NCBI GenBank assembly: GCA_964469295.1
Contig: CAYXYJ010000004.1
Location: 17,557-81,556 of the forward strand
DNA: 64,000 nt
Direction: 5' to 3'
Origin: an uncultured Candidatus Saccharibacteria bacterium
GTDB lineage: Bacteria > Patescibacteriota > Minisyncoccia > Phycocordibacterales > UBA918
The notes beneath the pieces are model-generated. The model was not told where the DNA came from, did no database searches, and was given only the letters and a program-made list of their open reading frames with translations. Below are positions 1 to 9,675 of this stretch, one piece after another (position 1 is the first letter of the stretch; each line of letters opens with the position of its first letter). Made by a program: the position numbers and the translations under genes.

Positions 1-117
1 CAAAAAGCAAACCCCTGACAGAAGTTACCTGGTAACAATTGCTTATCACGGCAATCGTTCGATACCAACCGGGACGATGCAATCAATTGTGCGCCAATCA
101 GGTATTGCAAAAGATAC

Positions 118-768
118 ATGGATAAAATAAATACAACAGTATTCGATATTGACGATACACTCACAACGAGCAACAGCTGGGAGCGACTTAATGTGGCAGC
201 GGGAGTCACTGCCGACGAAGATTATGAACTGTACTCTGGCTTTATGCGCGGCGATTTTGACTACGAGAGCTGGATACAACAATTGGAAAATTTGTATCGT
301 GAACGAAATATTTTGACGAGGGAACTAGCTGAAGAGACACTACTTAATTTCACTTTACGTGAGTATGTGGTCAACACCATATTAGAACTAAAAAGTAATG
401 GCTATACAATCGTTCTTCTCAGCGGTGGTTTCCGCACCATGGCAGAGGCGATGGGCAAGCTCGTACACGCAGACAAAGTATTTGCGCTATCAGATATAGT
501 CTATAACGACAACAATCGCTTTGATCATTTTTTAAGTCATGGGGAAGAAGGACATGCCAAACTTCAGACCCTAGAAGGTTACTGCACACAGGCTGGCATA
601 CTCCTGACTGATTGTATAACTATTGGCGACAGTATGAATGACGTGCCGCTTTTTGACGTCACTACAAATGGTGTGACGTTTAGTTGGTGCAAAGATGCTG
701 TCAAAGCCAAAGCCAAAACGGTCATCAATGACATCCGCGATCTCATCCCTCTACTCCAGACAAAATAA
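118..768 (+). CDS. HAD-superfamily hydrolase (phosphoserine-phosphatase-like subfamily IB)
   Basis: N-terminal DxDxT motif (FDIDDTLT), downstream LSGGF and GDSMNDVP motifs typical of HAD phosphatases. Confidence 0.6.
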   Translation: MDKINTTVFDIDDTLTTSNSWERLNVAAGVTADEDYELYSGFMRGDFDYESWIQQLENLYRERNILTRELAEETLLNFTLREYVVNTILELKSNGYTIVLLSGGFRTMAEAMGKLVHADKVFALSDIVYNDNNRFDHFLSHGEEGHAKLQTLEGYCTQAGILLTDCITIGDSMNDVPLFDVTTNGVTFSWCKDAVKAKAKTVINDIRDLIPLLQTK

Positions 769-1193
769 AATCAGAGAGGGGAAGTGAGGATGCATTTTAG
801 AGTCTCGACTTCCCTGTTATTTTTTAAAAAAATTTTTGAAACAATTTCCGTGGTATGCGGATCATGGCATGAATCAAGGCGAGGCGTTATGCACCTCTAT
901 GAGCTTGCCAAGGTGATAGAGATGATACAGACATCAGGTCAAAAGCTGACGAAGCCGAGAGGACCGGTACTGAGATCGGCTCAAAAGCCAATTTGGGCTG
1001 ATGTATATATCACGTGGCAAAATTAAAATTAAACCAAACGATAATTAAGAAAAAAATAAATAAGTTTAGAGAAAAATAAAAATATTTTTATACTGAGTTA
1101 GGGAAGAGCAGCAGAATGATTGAGCACTGCCAAATTATACGAACAATTTATTTGTGGATTACCAAGGTGTAATATAGCGTTATTTTAGATATA

Positions 1194-1225
1194 ATACTGA
1201 GTATTAGAGTTATTATACTCAGTTA
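1194..1225. promoter_or_regulatory. 9-10-9 inverted repeat (ACTGAGTAT / ATACTCAGT) upstream of xer gene; candidate dif-like or operator site; a third half-site TATACTGAGTTA lies at 1089-1100
   Basis: seen directly in sequence; the position adjacent to a single Xer recombinase gene resembles the XerS/difSL and XerH/difH arrangements. Confidence 0.3.
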
Positions 1226-1301
1226 ATAATAACCTAAAGGGAGGTGCCCTACTGTCGGGTATAATACAAATGTCAGTCAAACAAATCGCACCCCGTATCA
1301 A

Positions 1302-2264
1302 ATGTCTATGGCCAAAACTTTTTCTAACACTCTTCCTTCAATTGATGATTTTTTGTTGCATATACAAGCGAACAATTATTCACACGAAACGTTGTACAAC
1401 TACGAACGTGACCTCGACACGTTTGCCAATTTTTTAAAAAATGAAATGCGCGACTTGCCATTTGAAAAAGTCACCAAGAAAACCATCGAACACTACAAGG
1501 CCTACCTTAACTCCCCCACTCGCAAGACATCGGCCGGACAAGAATCAGAGGTGAAATTAAAAAGTGGTTCAATTAATCGTCACCTGACATCACTGCGACG
1601 CTACTTGTCATATCTTCTTGATATGGACGAATTTGTACCAGTACCACCTCAAGCCATCAAATTATTACGTATGGGTAAACAACATGGTCAAGTGGCTGAG
1701 TTACATGAGCTGATCCGTCTGATTGAGTGCCCCACTACCGTTGAGAAAGATGTTTTTGTACAAAAGCGAAATCGAGCAATTTTGGAAACCCTTTTTGCGA
1801 GCGGGATGCGTATCTCAGAACTTATTTCACTAAAGATTAACCAACTCGATCATTCAGGGAAAATATTTGTCGAGGGTAAGGGACGAAAACGCCGCTTTAT
1901 TTACCTCACCGCCCGGGCCGAGGGATTCATACGTGATTATTTAAAAATTCGTGACGATGATAACCCGTACATTTTTGTCGCTGAACGTGGGCTTAATGCA
2001 AACAATAAGAAAAAACACATTTCTCCTAACTATGTTCAGATGAAAATTAAATGGTATCGTGAGTATCTCGGTATGAGTATTAAAACCAGTGCGCACAGTC
2101 TCCGTCACGGCTTCGCCACCTATCTCGCTGAGCAAGGCGCCAACCCAGCCGCCATTCAAGTGCTCCTCGGTCACGAATCACTCGAAACCACAACTCGATA
2201 CGTCCATGCCAGTGATCGCTACGCCGAAACCACTCACCGCGACTTTCACCCACTGAAGAAATAA
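1302..2264 (+). CDS. tyrosine site-specific recombinase, XerC/XerD family
   Basis: C-terminal catalytic motifs HSLRHGFATYLAEQGANPAAIQVLLGHESLETTTRYVHA; N-terminal core-binding (SAM-like) domain; R..K..H..R..H..Y pattern. Confidence 0.8.
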   Translation: MSMAKTFSNTLPSIDDFLLHIQANNYSHETLYNYERDLDTFANFLKNEMRDLPFEKVTKKTIEHYKAYLNSPTRKTSAGQESEVKLKSGSINRHLTSLRRYLSYLLDMDEFVPVPPQAIKLLRMGKQHGQVAELHELIRLIECPTTVEKDVFVQKRNRAILETLFASGMRISELISLKINQLDHSGKIFVEGKGRKRRFIYLTARAEGFIRDYLKIRDDDNPYIFVAERGLNANNKKKHISPNYVQMKIKWYREYLGMSIKTSAHSLRHGFATYLAEQGANPAAIQVLLGHESLETTTRYVHASDRYAETTHRDFHPLKK

Positions 2265-2299
2265 ATAACTGCAGCGTACGAATCTATCATTTATAAAAC

Positions 2300-2587
2300 T
2301 TATATACTCGGATACTTTATTTTACGCGCTGCCGTATATTTAAACCAATATTTTGGTACCCCACCGTTCATAAAATCAGTAACGGCAAGATACGTATCAA
2401 GTAAGCAAGGATCGTGGCGAACCCCAGTTGTACGACAAAGCTTGGTATACAACTCAAAGCCATCACAACCAATCAACTGTGATGGGTGTGTGATACCAAT
2501 CTGTTCAAACGTAACCGCCACCGCTTTACCCACATTTGGAATATCAACAAACTTTTTTACATCTGCAACCTTACGAGCTTTTGCCAT
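2300..2587 (-). CDS. helix-hairpin-helix DNA-binding protein (TfoX_C / Cdd1-like)
   Basis: DIPNVGKAVAVTFEQIGI helix-hairpin-helix signature. Confidence 0.4.
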   Translation of the reverse strand: MAKARKVADVKKFVDIPNVGKAVAVTFEQIGITHPSQLIGCDGFELYTKLCRTTGVRHDPCLLDTYLAVTDFMNGGVPKYWFKYTAARKIKYPSI

Positions 2588-2592
2588 AGTAA

Positions 2593-3054
2593 CTATGTTG
2601 CCATTTTCTTAAGCAACTCATAATGCACACTGCTTATTGGCATAATTGACAACCGATTTCCCTTTTTGACTAATGGCAATGCGGAAAATTGCGGATTCGT
2701 CTTAATCTCTGCCAATGTCAGCAGGTTTGGAAATTTAGACACAAATTGTACATCCACAGAAAACCACCGCGGACTTTCTCGCTTTGAACCAACATCAAAG
2801 TATTTACTCTGTGCAACAAACTGTGTTGGGTCTGGGAAGGCGCTGGATATAATTTCCATCTCCCCCACCACCCCTACATCTTTGCATGACGAGTGGTAAA
2901 ACAGGGCCTTGTCCCCTACTTTCATATCGTCACGGATCATATTACGTACCTGATAGTTACGTACACCGTCCCATAGTGCTACCCCTTTCTTTTCCAAATC
3001 GTGAATACTAAATTCACTTGGTTCGCTTTTCATGAGCCAATAATTATGAGACAT
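2593..3054 (-). CDS. EVE (PUA-like) domain protein
   Basis: N-terminal YWLMKSEP...FSI and internal ALFYHS motifs characteristic of the EVE/thymocyte nuclear protein family. Confidence 0.55.
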   Translation of the reverse strand: MSHNYWLMKSEPSEFSIHDLEKKGVALWDGVRNYQVRNMIRDDMKVGDKALFYHSSCKDVGVVGEMEIISSAFPDPTQFVAQSKYFDVGSKRESPRWFSVDVQFVSKFPNLLTLAEIKTNPQFSALPLVKKGNRLSIMPISSVHYELLKKMAT

Positions 3055-3214
3055 ACTTATATTGTTAGATAGTAGTATATTCGGTATGACATGTATACAT
3101 TGGTTGTATACGCGCTGTCGATACAGCTTTCACAAAATTTTAACGACTACATCATAACTAACAAATACACCGCTGCCAAATGGCAGCGGTGTATTTGTGT
3201 ATACGATTGTGAAT

Positions 3215-3631
3215 TTAGATATTCATAGCCAGTTCGCCACCCCAACAGGGTCGAGAGGCATTCCATGGTTGCGTCCCTTGCGTTTCGTACAAGTGACGAG
3301 CATAGGCCATGTTCTGGTAGATATCATCGAGATTAAGTCCCATCGCCGATGCCGCCCGTTCGTGGTAACGCTTGTTGATTTGCATTACACCGGTGTCAGC
3401 GCTGTCGATACGACCGCGGAGAATCGAACCATCAGCCAAGGTATGCTGAAAGGTTGATTCACATCTGGCGACTTGAATCATGACTGGAATATCCTTAAAG
3501 TATGAACGAACGATGGCTTCAGTATTGTTTGATACCGTTTTTGAAGCAACCTCTTCGATCGGACGTTCCGTCACGATCTGTCCGTACGCTGTGCCTTGTG
3601 TCGATGGAACCGAAGCGGTTGAAACCGCCAA
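3215..3631 (-). CDS. lytic transglycosylase / lysozyme-like (SLT-domain) protein; true start probably upstream at a non-ATG codon, giving a signal-peptide-like N-terminus
   Basis: catalytic ES...GVMQIN motif (ARCESTF...DTGVMQINKRYH); hydrophobic IVLAALAVSTA segment when the frame is extended upstream. Confidence 0.45.
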   Translation of the reverse strand: MAVSTASVPSTQGTAYGQIVTERPIEEVASKTVSNNTEAIVRSYFKDIPVMIQVARCESTFQHTLADGSILRGRIDSADTGVMQINKRYHERAASAMGLNLDDIYQNMAYARHLYETQGTQPWNASRPCWGGELAMNI

Positions 3632-3860
3632 GGCAGCGAGGACGATAGTCGATATAATAAGCCAATTGTCTTATCTGGTAAGTACCGGTGGGAGCCTACC
3701 CAGAAAACCGGTAACCGCACTATCCTAGCAGACTTTTGCGGATTTCTACCATAATAGCATATTTTGGCTATTTTGTCAATGAATTTATGGCCAATTGAGT
3801 GGTTTTTAGGGGCAAAAAATGGCTTAAATAAGCCATTTTTTGCCCCTTCTATACAAATTA

Positions 3861-4745
3861 CTATTTATTTGACTTTTTATGATTCTGTTGCACAAAAGCC
3901 AAAGCGCCATACAAACCAGCTTCATCTCCTAAGGCCGCTGTCGTAATAAATGGACACGGGACCACTCCGTCCAGTACGGCAACGGTGGCTTTACGGACTG
4001 ACTCAATCGGGATTTTTGGGTCCCCTACCATCATCGACCCGCCTAATACAATCACCTCTGGCGACCAATACAATACCGTATTGCGTAACCCTTGAGCCAA
4101 ATAACCAGCCAATTCATCCCAAATTACGTCTTCTTGGGGTATATCATACGGTTTGACTCCCATCCGATTCTCCACGGCCGTACCTGATACCAAATTTTCC
4201 AATGTCGGCGGAATATTTTCACCCAAAATAGTCCTGTCAATATCCAAAACTTGGTGTCCTGGTTCAAAACCAATACTCGCATCATCAATGACACCACGTT
4301 CAATTTTTGCACCACCAACGCCTGTACTTACTGTATGATAAACCACAATATCAATACCCACTCCCGCGCCGTACGTCGCCTCACCCAGCCCAGCGAGGGC
4401 TGTATCATTTTCCAAATACACGGGTACAGCAAAAGCCTCACGCAAGTGATCAACGACAGACACATTTGCCCACTTTGTCAAAATACCATCATGGTCAATG
4501 CCTAATCGATCTTCTCGTAAAATGCCACGAACCCCGCCAGCAATAGCCGTTAGTTGTCCCGTCACTAATTCACGAATTGTATCAACGACCAGCCCCAGAC
4601 CTTCGCCGGGATCGGCTGGTGTATGAAAACTTTTTACCGCATCAATTTTTTTGCCGGTATTTGAAATCGCTACTCGGGTTTTGGTCCCACCAATATCAAA
4701 CATTACAAACGCCATACTAGAGTTGTTTAATATTATTACAATCAA
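3861..4745 (-). CDS. ROK-family sugar kinase (glucokinase-like)
   Basis: N-terminal MFDIGGTKTRVA ATP-binding motif; ROK glycine-rich signature; likely start at MAFVMFDIGGT. Confidence 0.6.
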   Translation of the reverse strand: MIVIILNNSSMAFVMFDIGGTKTRVAISNTGKKIDAVKSFHTPADPGEGLGLVVDTIRELVTGQLTAIAGGVRGILREDRLGIDHDGILTKWANVSVVDHLREAFAVPVYLENDTALAGLGEATYGAGVGIDIVVYHTVSTGVGGAKIERGVIDDASIGFEPGHQVLDIDRTILGENIPPTLENLVSGTAVENRMGVKPYDIPQEDVIWDELAGYLAQGLRNTVLYWSPEVIVLGGSMMVGDPKIPIESVRKATVAVLDGVVPCPFITTAALGDEAGLYGALAFVQQNHKKSNK

Positions 4746-5493
4746 CGTTTTTTAAGATAAATTTACAAGCTTCATCGATATCATCAAAGATTTTGAATAT
4801 ATCTAAATCTTCTTTACTAATTGTTTTAAATTTCTTAATCAACTCCTTTTCAAACCACGCCATCAGTGGATTCCAAAAATCACTTCCGATCAACACGACG
4901 GGAATTTGTTCAATTTTTTTAGTTTGAATCAATGTCACAATTTCAAAAAATTCATCAAGTGTACCAAAGCCACCCGGAAAATAAACATACGCTTCGGAAG
5001 CAAACGTCAGCATTACTTTACGTGAAAAAAAGAAATCAAAACTCAGGGATTCAGTGGTGTAAGGATTTAGTTTCTGTTCAAAGGGTAACTGAATATTTAG
5101 ACCAATTGATTTACCACCAACTTTAAATGCGCCGACATTTGAGGCTTCCATAATCCCACCACCACCACCAGAAATAACAGAAAAACCCTTTTTAGCTAAC
5201 TTAGCGGCCATTTCTTCAGCCATTTTATAATAGGGATCATTGGGAGTTAATCGGGCACTTCCCCAAAATGTCACTGCCAACCCATGATTACGCAGTAATT
5301 CAAACCCCGACACAAATTCAGACATGATACGGAACACCCGCCACGACTGAATCGCATCACCATCAGTACCTTTTGGATCGAGCAAGTCGGTCACAATTCG
5401 ACAGTGCGGAATACTTTTTTCGGCTCTTTTGGTCGCTTTCTTTCGCGACGAAATCCCCAAGATCTTACGAACCATATAAGAATATTCTATCAT
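4717..5493 (-). CDS. LOG-family protein (cytokinin riboside 5'-monophosphate phosphoribohydrolase / TIGR00730)
   Basis: VFCGS-like WGSARL, GGGGGIMEA and PGGFGTLDEFFE motifs; real start probably an internal Met (the ORF-track N-terminus overlaps the next gene). Confidence 0.7.
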   Translation of the reverse strand: MIEYSYMVRKILGISSRKKATKRAEKSIPHCRIVTDLLDPKGTDGDAIQSWRVFRIMSEFVSGFELLRNHGLAVTFWGSARLTPNDPYYKMAEEMAAKLAKKGFSVISGGGGGIMEASNVGAFKVGGKSIGLNIQLPFEQKLNPYTTESLSFDFFFSRKVMLTFASEAYVYFPGGFGTLDEFFEIVTLIQTKKIEQIPVVLIGSDFWNPLMAWFEKELIKKFKTISKEDLDIFKIFDDIDEACKFILKNVDCNNIKQL

Positions 5494-5502
5494 GAACCCG
5501 GT

Positions 5503-6093
5503 TTACCAAGGCAATGGAAAGTGACTAAATTCGGGGAGAAGTCCCTGACTAAACAATAGTCGCGACGTAACTTCGGCATGACATTTTGCTCCGGTTAAGG
5601 CGTTGTGTGGATTGGGTTCAGCTGGAATACCACAATAATGTAATACCGCATTAAGATCGAGAGCCGTTCTTTTGTGTTGTGTGTCAAGCGGCGGTAAGAT
5701 GCCGCGTTTAATCATATGCATATAACACATAGTGTGGGTATCAAGCGTACGATTTGGCAATGTCCAATTTTGCCCCGCTCGACCGAGCGCTGCTCGCAAC
5801 ATATCACGATCAAAAGAAACATTTTGACCAACCAACGTACGGTCAGCACATGACATGGTCCATTCCATAAACTGAATCACTAGCTCACTTTCGGTCATTT
5901 TATCTGATTGGGTAATTTCTGTTTCGGTAAACCCGTTAACGCTGAGCGCTTCTTCCATAATGTGTGCCCCATCCCAAATCCGACATTCGATATAAAATTG
6001 GCGAGCTGGCGCATCCATATCAATAGCACCTAACGACACGATGGAGTGTTTTTCGTAATGAATCCCCGACGCTTCCACATCAATACTGATCAT
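5503..6093 (-). CDS. DEDDh-type 3'-5' exonuclease (DnaQ/oligoribonuclease-like)
   Basis: Exo I motif ISIDVEASG, Exo II SFDRDML, Exo III H..NALTGAKCHAEV. Confidence 0.5.
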   Translation of the reverse strand: MISIDVEASGIHYEKHSIVSLGAIDMDAPARQFYIECRIWDGAHIMEEALSVNGFTETEITQSDKMTESELVIQFMEWTMSCADRTLVGQNVSFDRDMLRAALGRAGQNWTLPNRTLDTHTMCYMHMIKRGILPPLDTQHKRTALDLNAVLHYCGIPAEPNPHNALTGAKCHAEVTSRLLFSQGLLPEFSHFPLPW

Positions 6094-6151
6094 CGGTTTA
6101 TTTTACCATATCCTTTATTTAGGACATTTTGTATACTATGGGCACTAGTGT

Positions 6152-6814
6152 ATGAACGTACGAATGGAAACATCTTGGCAACAAGCACTGGCGACTGAGT
6201 TTTCAAAACCGTATTTTATACAGTTAACCGACGCCGTGCGCCAAGCCTACCAATCAGAAACCATTTACCCGCACCCGACTCATGTATTTAATGCGTTTCT
6301 GCACACACCCTTGCCACAGGTAACAGTAGTTATCTTGGGTCAAGATCCCTATCATGGACACCATCAAGCGCACGGATTGGCCTTTTCGGTACCGACCGGT
6401 ATCGCCATTCCCCCATCGTTACAAAATATCTACAAAGAAATTTTGGCTGACACCGGCAGCCCGTCACAGACACACGGTGACTTAACAGCCTGGGCTGACC
6501 AAGGAGTACTATTGCTTAATAGTACGCTTACCGTTAAAGCCAATACTGCTGGTAGTCATCAACATTTAGGCTGGGAAACATTTACCGACGCGGTAATTAA
6601 AACCGTATCAACCGAACGAGAGCATGTAGTATTTTTGCTCTGGGGTGCTTTTGCTATCAAAAAGAGAACATTGGTTGATGAAACCAAACATTTGGTACTC
6701 ACCGCACCGCACCCTTCACCATTATCCGCGCACCGGGGCTTTTTGGGATGCAAACACTTCAGTCAATGTAATGCGTATCTCGCCAAACACCAGCACCCTC
6801 CCATATTATGGTAA
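6152..6814 (+). CDS. ung: uracil-DNA glycosylase (family 1)
   Basis: VVILGQDPYHGHHQAHGLAFSV water-activating loop and HPSPLSA motif; N-terminus aligns with E. coli Ung. Confidence 0.85.
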   Translation: MNVRMETSWQQALATEFSKPYFIQLTDAVRQAYQSETIYPHPTHVFNAFLHTPLPQVTVVILGQDPYHGHHQAHGLAFSVPTGIAIPPSLQNIYKEILADTGSPSQTHGDLTAWADQGVLLLNSTLTVKANTAGSHQHLGWETFTDAVIKTVSTEREHVVFLLWGAFAIKKRTLVDETKHLVLTAPHPSPLSAHRGFLGCKHFSQCNAYLAKHQHPPILW

Positions 6815-7651
6815 GGAACGATTTTTTTGTCTTTCTTCATCATACACCTTGGCAAAAGCAGCACCATATAAAATAATGCCAGCTGCTACATATACCCAAA
6901 CTAACAACGATATAAGAAGTCCAGCTGCTCCGAATAGTGATTGTACCGGCGAAGTAGAAAAATGTAACGCGACTAATTCGCGGCTAAACAGGAGTAGCAA
7001 CCCCGCTACCATGGCTCCAGCAAAACGTCCCTTGAATGAGGGGCTTTTTAATGACAACAACCCATATCCAATCGCCAGCAACATCATCGTCAAGAGAAAC
7101 GACGCGGCAAAAGAGACAAAACCCCAGATCGGTAAGGGAATGGTTCGATCAACGTACCAAATAAACTCACCCAGGATAATTATTGATATTAAATATAATT
7201 GAATCACTACGATAAACACTGTGATTCGCCACAATCGTTGGATAAAACTTCGCCACCCAGACGGTTGCACTTGCCAGATTTTATGAAAGCCAATCATCAG
7301 TGAATTTAAAGCGATGTATACTACCAATGACAAAAATATCACTCCGATAACCGGCACATAATAATATCCCGATACGGTATCAAAATTTTGGACTGAGGAA
7401 TAAATTAGATCAGACACTCCCGCATCTACAGTATTTCCCCATCGCAATAGCATAGCCACAACTCGGTCACTACCAACAAATATTCCCACGATGGAAATTG
7501 ATACGATGATGAGTGGCGTCAACGCAAATGGAGTAAAATACGCCAACGCAGCAGCATTTTGATCAGCATCACGTAAAAACCACAATGTAAAAGCTCGGCC
7601 GAATAAACGAAAAATTGACATGAAACTAGTATACGCTATAGCCCAGGACAA
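6806..7651 (-). CDS. YihY/BrkB-family inner-membrane protein
   Basis: AAALAYFTPFALTPLIIVSI signature and about 6 predicted TM helices. Confidence 0.6.
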   Translation of the reverse strand: MSWAIAYTSFMSIFRLFGRAFTLWFLRDADQNAAALAYFTPFALTPLIIVSISIVGIFVGSDRVVAMLLRWGNTVDAGVSDLIYSSVQNFDTVSGYYYVPVIGVIFLSLVVYIALNSLMIGFHKIWQVQPSGWRSFIQRLWRITVFIVVIQLYLISIIILGEFIWYVDRTIPLPIWGFVSFAASFLLTMMLLAIGYGLLSLKSPSFKGRFAGAMVAGLLLLFSRELVALHFSTSPVQSLFGAAGLLISLLVWVYVAAGIILYGAAFAKVYDEERQKNRSLP

Positions 7652-8046
7652 TTGCTGGCTTTGCTATACCCAGCTGCTTCTGCTTCCACGGCAGTGGCAA
7701 AGAAAATTTTATTTTCTTCTTTTATTTGCGAGGCGCCAGGACAGGTGTGTAAATGGTATTTTGTGCCAGATTTTGACGCGACGTATGTTGCAGTCAGATT
7801 TGTGGTGGTTGATGGCAAGGGTACAGACGCCACAGTGGTTATGGGCGTAGCGGTTTGCAGTCGCACCGAAGGCGCGGCAGTAAGTGATGGTAGAGATTGA
7901 TTTATCATGATTGATTGTCGACCAAGCAAAAAAGCCACTACCGCAATACAACACAAAAGCAACGCTGTAAATAGGCTATCGTCAACCAAAAAAGACTTGA
8001 GTTTTTCCCACATATATCGTATAATCGCCCCGTTACGAATTTGCAT
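7636..8046 (-). CDS. membrane-anchored protein with a C-terminal Ada-like Cys/His metal-binding motif
   Basis: single TM helix; C-terminal KYHLHTCPG...[17 protein letters not shown]...CPG resembles the Ada N-terminal zinc-binding fold pattern; recognition is weak. Confidence 0.3.
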   Translation of the reverse strand: MQIRNGAIIRYMWEKLKSFLVDDSLFTALLLCCIAVVAFLLGRQSIMINQSLPSLTAAPSVRLQTATPITTVASVPLPSTTTNLTATYVASKSGTKYHLHTCPGASQIKEENKIFFATAVEAEAAGYSKASNCPGL

Positions 8047-8060
8047 ATTTATTATACCCT

Positions 8061-8339
8061 ATGGCAACAAAGAAATCGGCCGGTTCGGCCAAAAACCTCA
8101 CTGATTCCAAGCCAAAATATCTTGGAGTCAAACGAGCAGACGGTCAAACTGTAAAAACTGGTCAAATCATCGTTCGACAACGCGGAACTAAAATCGAAGG
8201 TGGTAAAAATGTAAAAGTTGGTAAAGACCATACTATCTTTGCTATGACCGATGGCGTGGTGTCATTTCGCACTGTGCGCAAAGTCCGTTTTGACGGACAA
8301 CTTGTCCACAAAAAAGCGGTGGATGTTGTGGTAGCGTAA
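8061..8339 (+). CDS. rpmA: 50S ribosomal protein L27
   Basis: [23 protein letters not shown]...GKDHTIFA matches the L27 consensus. Confidence 0.9.
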   Translation: MATKKSAGSAKNLTDSKPKYLGVKRADGQTVKTGQIIVRQRGTKIEGGKNVKVGKDHTIFAMTDGVVSFRTVRKVRFDGQLVHKKAVDVVVA

Positions 8340-8354
8340 GGACTAAAATGCGGT

Positions 8355-8400
8355 AAAACGAACAAGCGGCGGGGCTTTAGCCCCGCCGCTTGTTCGTTTT
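8355..8400. terminator. bidirectional rho-independent terminator
   Basis: perfect GC-rich hairpin AACAAGCGGCGGGGC-TTTA-GCCCCGCCGCTTGTT flanked by A/T runs. Confidence 0.7.
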
Positions 8401-8421
8401 ACCCCTTCATCTTAATTTCCA

Positions 8422-9141
8422 TTAGGCTCCTGGCTTGATGGTGGCTGATTCAATAATAATTGGTTCAAGCGGTCGATCATTAGCATCAGTTGCCGTTTTG
8501 CTAATAGCGTCAACGACATCCATGCCAGAAATCACTCGTCCAAAAACTGGGTGTTTGGTATCGAGGTACGTATTATCGTTGGTGTTAAGGAAAAACTGAC
8601 TCCCGCCAGTATTTGGCCCGCTGTTAGCCATTGATAGAGTTCCTCGGACATTGGTAATGCGCGGATCAGTTTTGAATTCGTCGGCAATAGCATACCCTGG
8701 CCCACCAGTTCCCCACATCGCTTGTTTACTATCATCTTTAGTCAACGGATCACCACCTTGAATCATAAAACCATCAATAACGCGATGGAATTTGATACCA
8801 TTGTAAAAACCTTCGTTTACCAGCTTTTCAAAGTTGCCAGCCGTCGTTGGCATCACATCAGCAAATAATTCAACTTCGATTGTTCCTTTGTTTGTGTTTA
8901 ATACAGCAATTGGATTCATAGTGTTAATATTTTCTGGATTAGTAACCGCAAGCTCATCAGGTGACAATGGCGCCGGCAATGCCGAATCAGTTTCACCGAC
9001 ATTTACCGCTTCGGTATCGTTTATTAAATTGAGTTCTGGTGCTGAATTTCTTTGTCCGGCAAAGTAGGCTAATCCTACTGTTAATAACAAAGAAATAGCG
9101 ATGATTCCTACTACTTGTTTAATATCTCCCATACAATGCAT
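8422..9141 (-). CDS. peptidyl-prolyl cis-trans isomerase, cyclophilin type, membrane-anchored/secreted
   Basis: FHRVIDGFMIQGGDP and downstream cyclophilin motifs; N-terminal hydrophobic segment. Confidence 0.8.
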   Translation of the reverse strand: MHCMGDIKQVVGIIAISLLLTVGLAYFAGQRNSAPELNLINDTEAVNVGETDSALPAPLSPDELAVTNPENINTMNPIAVLNTNKGTIEVELFADVMPTTAGNFEKLVNEGFYNGIKFHRVIDGFMIQGGDPLTKDDSKQAMWGTGGPGYAIADEFKTDPRITNVRGTLSMANSGPNTGGSQFFLNTNDNTYLDTKHPVFGRVISGMDVVDAISKTATDANDRPLEPIIIESATIKPGA

Positions 9142-9584
9142 TAATTTACTGCCGTTATAACTACAGACAACGTACCAGTTACCTCACCATGGTGCACTGG
9201 CACATCGTACGTACCAATGGTTTTAATCGGCTCAGCCAACGTGATATGCGTTTCTCGTAACACCAGTCCTCTTTTTGTAGCGGCGTCCACAATATCTGAT
9301 GCTTTAATTTGTTTGAATAAATGACCTTGTTCATTGGCTACCACAGTAATGGTAAGCGGGTCAACAACAACCGCAGCGATAGTAGATTTTATTGATTCGG
9401 CTTCTTGCATTTTTCCCGCGGCCGTTTCTTTTGCTTGGTTTACTACTCGTTTTTGATTTTCAGGTGTGGCCGGGACAGCCATACCTTGCGGGAGTAGTTT
9501 ATTGAGCGCATACCCATCTGGCACCACGACAACCGCATGCCGCTTCCCCAATCTGGCCACATCACGAAGTAAGATGACTTTCAT
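9141..9584 (-). CDS. rplI: 50S ribosomal protein L9
   Basis: MKVILLRDVARLGKRH...VPDGYALN matches the L9 N-domain. Confidence 0.85.
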   Translation of the reverse strand: MKVILLRDVARLGKRHAVVVVPDGYALNKLLPQGMAVPATPENQKRVVNQAKETAAGKMQEAESIKSTIAAVVVDPLTITVVANEQGHLFKQIKASDIVDAATKRGLVLRETHITLAEPIKTIGTYDVPVHHGEVTGTLSVVITAVN

Positions 9585-9675
9585 AAGAGTGACATGAATT
9601 ATTTAATAATGTGTTTCAGCATAACAAAATTACCTCAGAAGCTCAAACCCGAACGGTACCGCAAAGGAACCGGGG

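Noticed and set aside
46-282. 78-aa minus-strand ORF overlapping the HAD hydrolase start
   Set aside because: It overlaps a motif-supported gene in antisense. No RBS.
784-1026. 80-aa ORF downstream of the HAD gene
   Set aside because: No RBS, no motifs, and it runs into the AT-rich intergenic region. It could be real but is unsupported.
1271-1441. 57-aa ORF starting 30 nt upstream of xer in another frame, behind an AAAGGGAGG-like sequence
   Set aside because: The SD-like sequence is 29 nt from the ATG, too far to act as one, and the frame overlaps the motif-supported xer gene.
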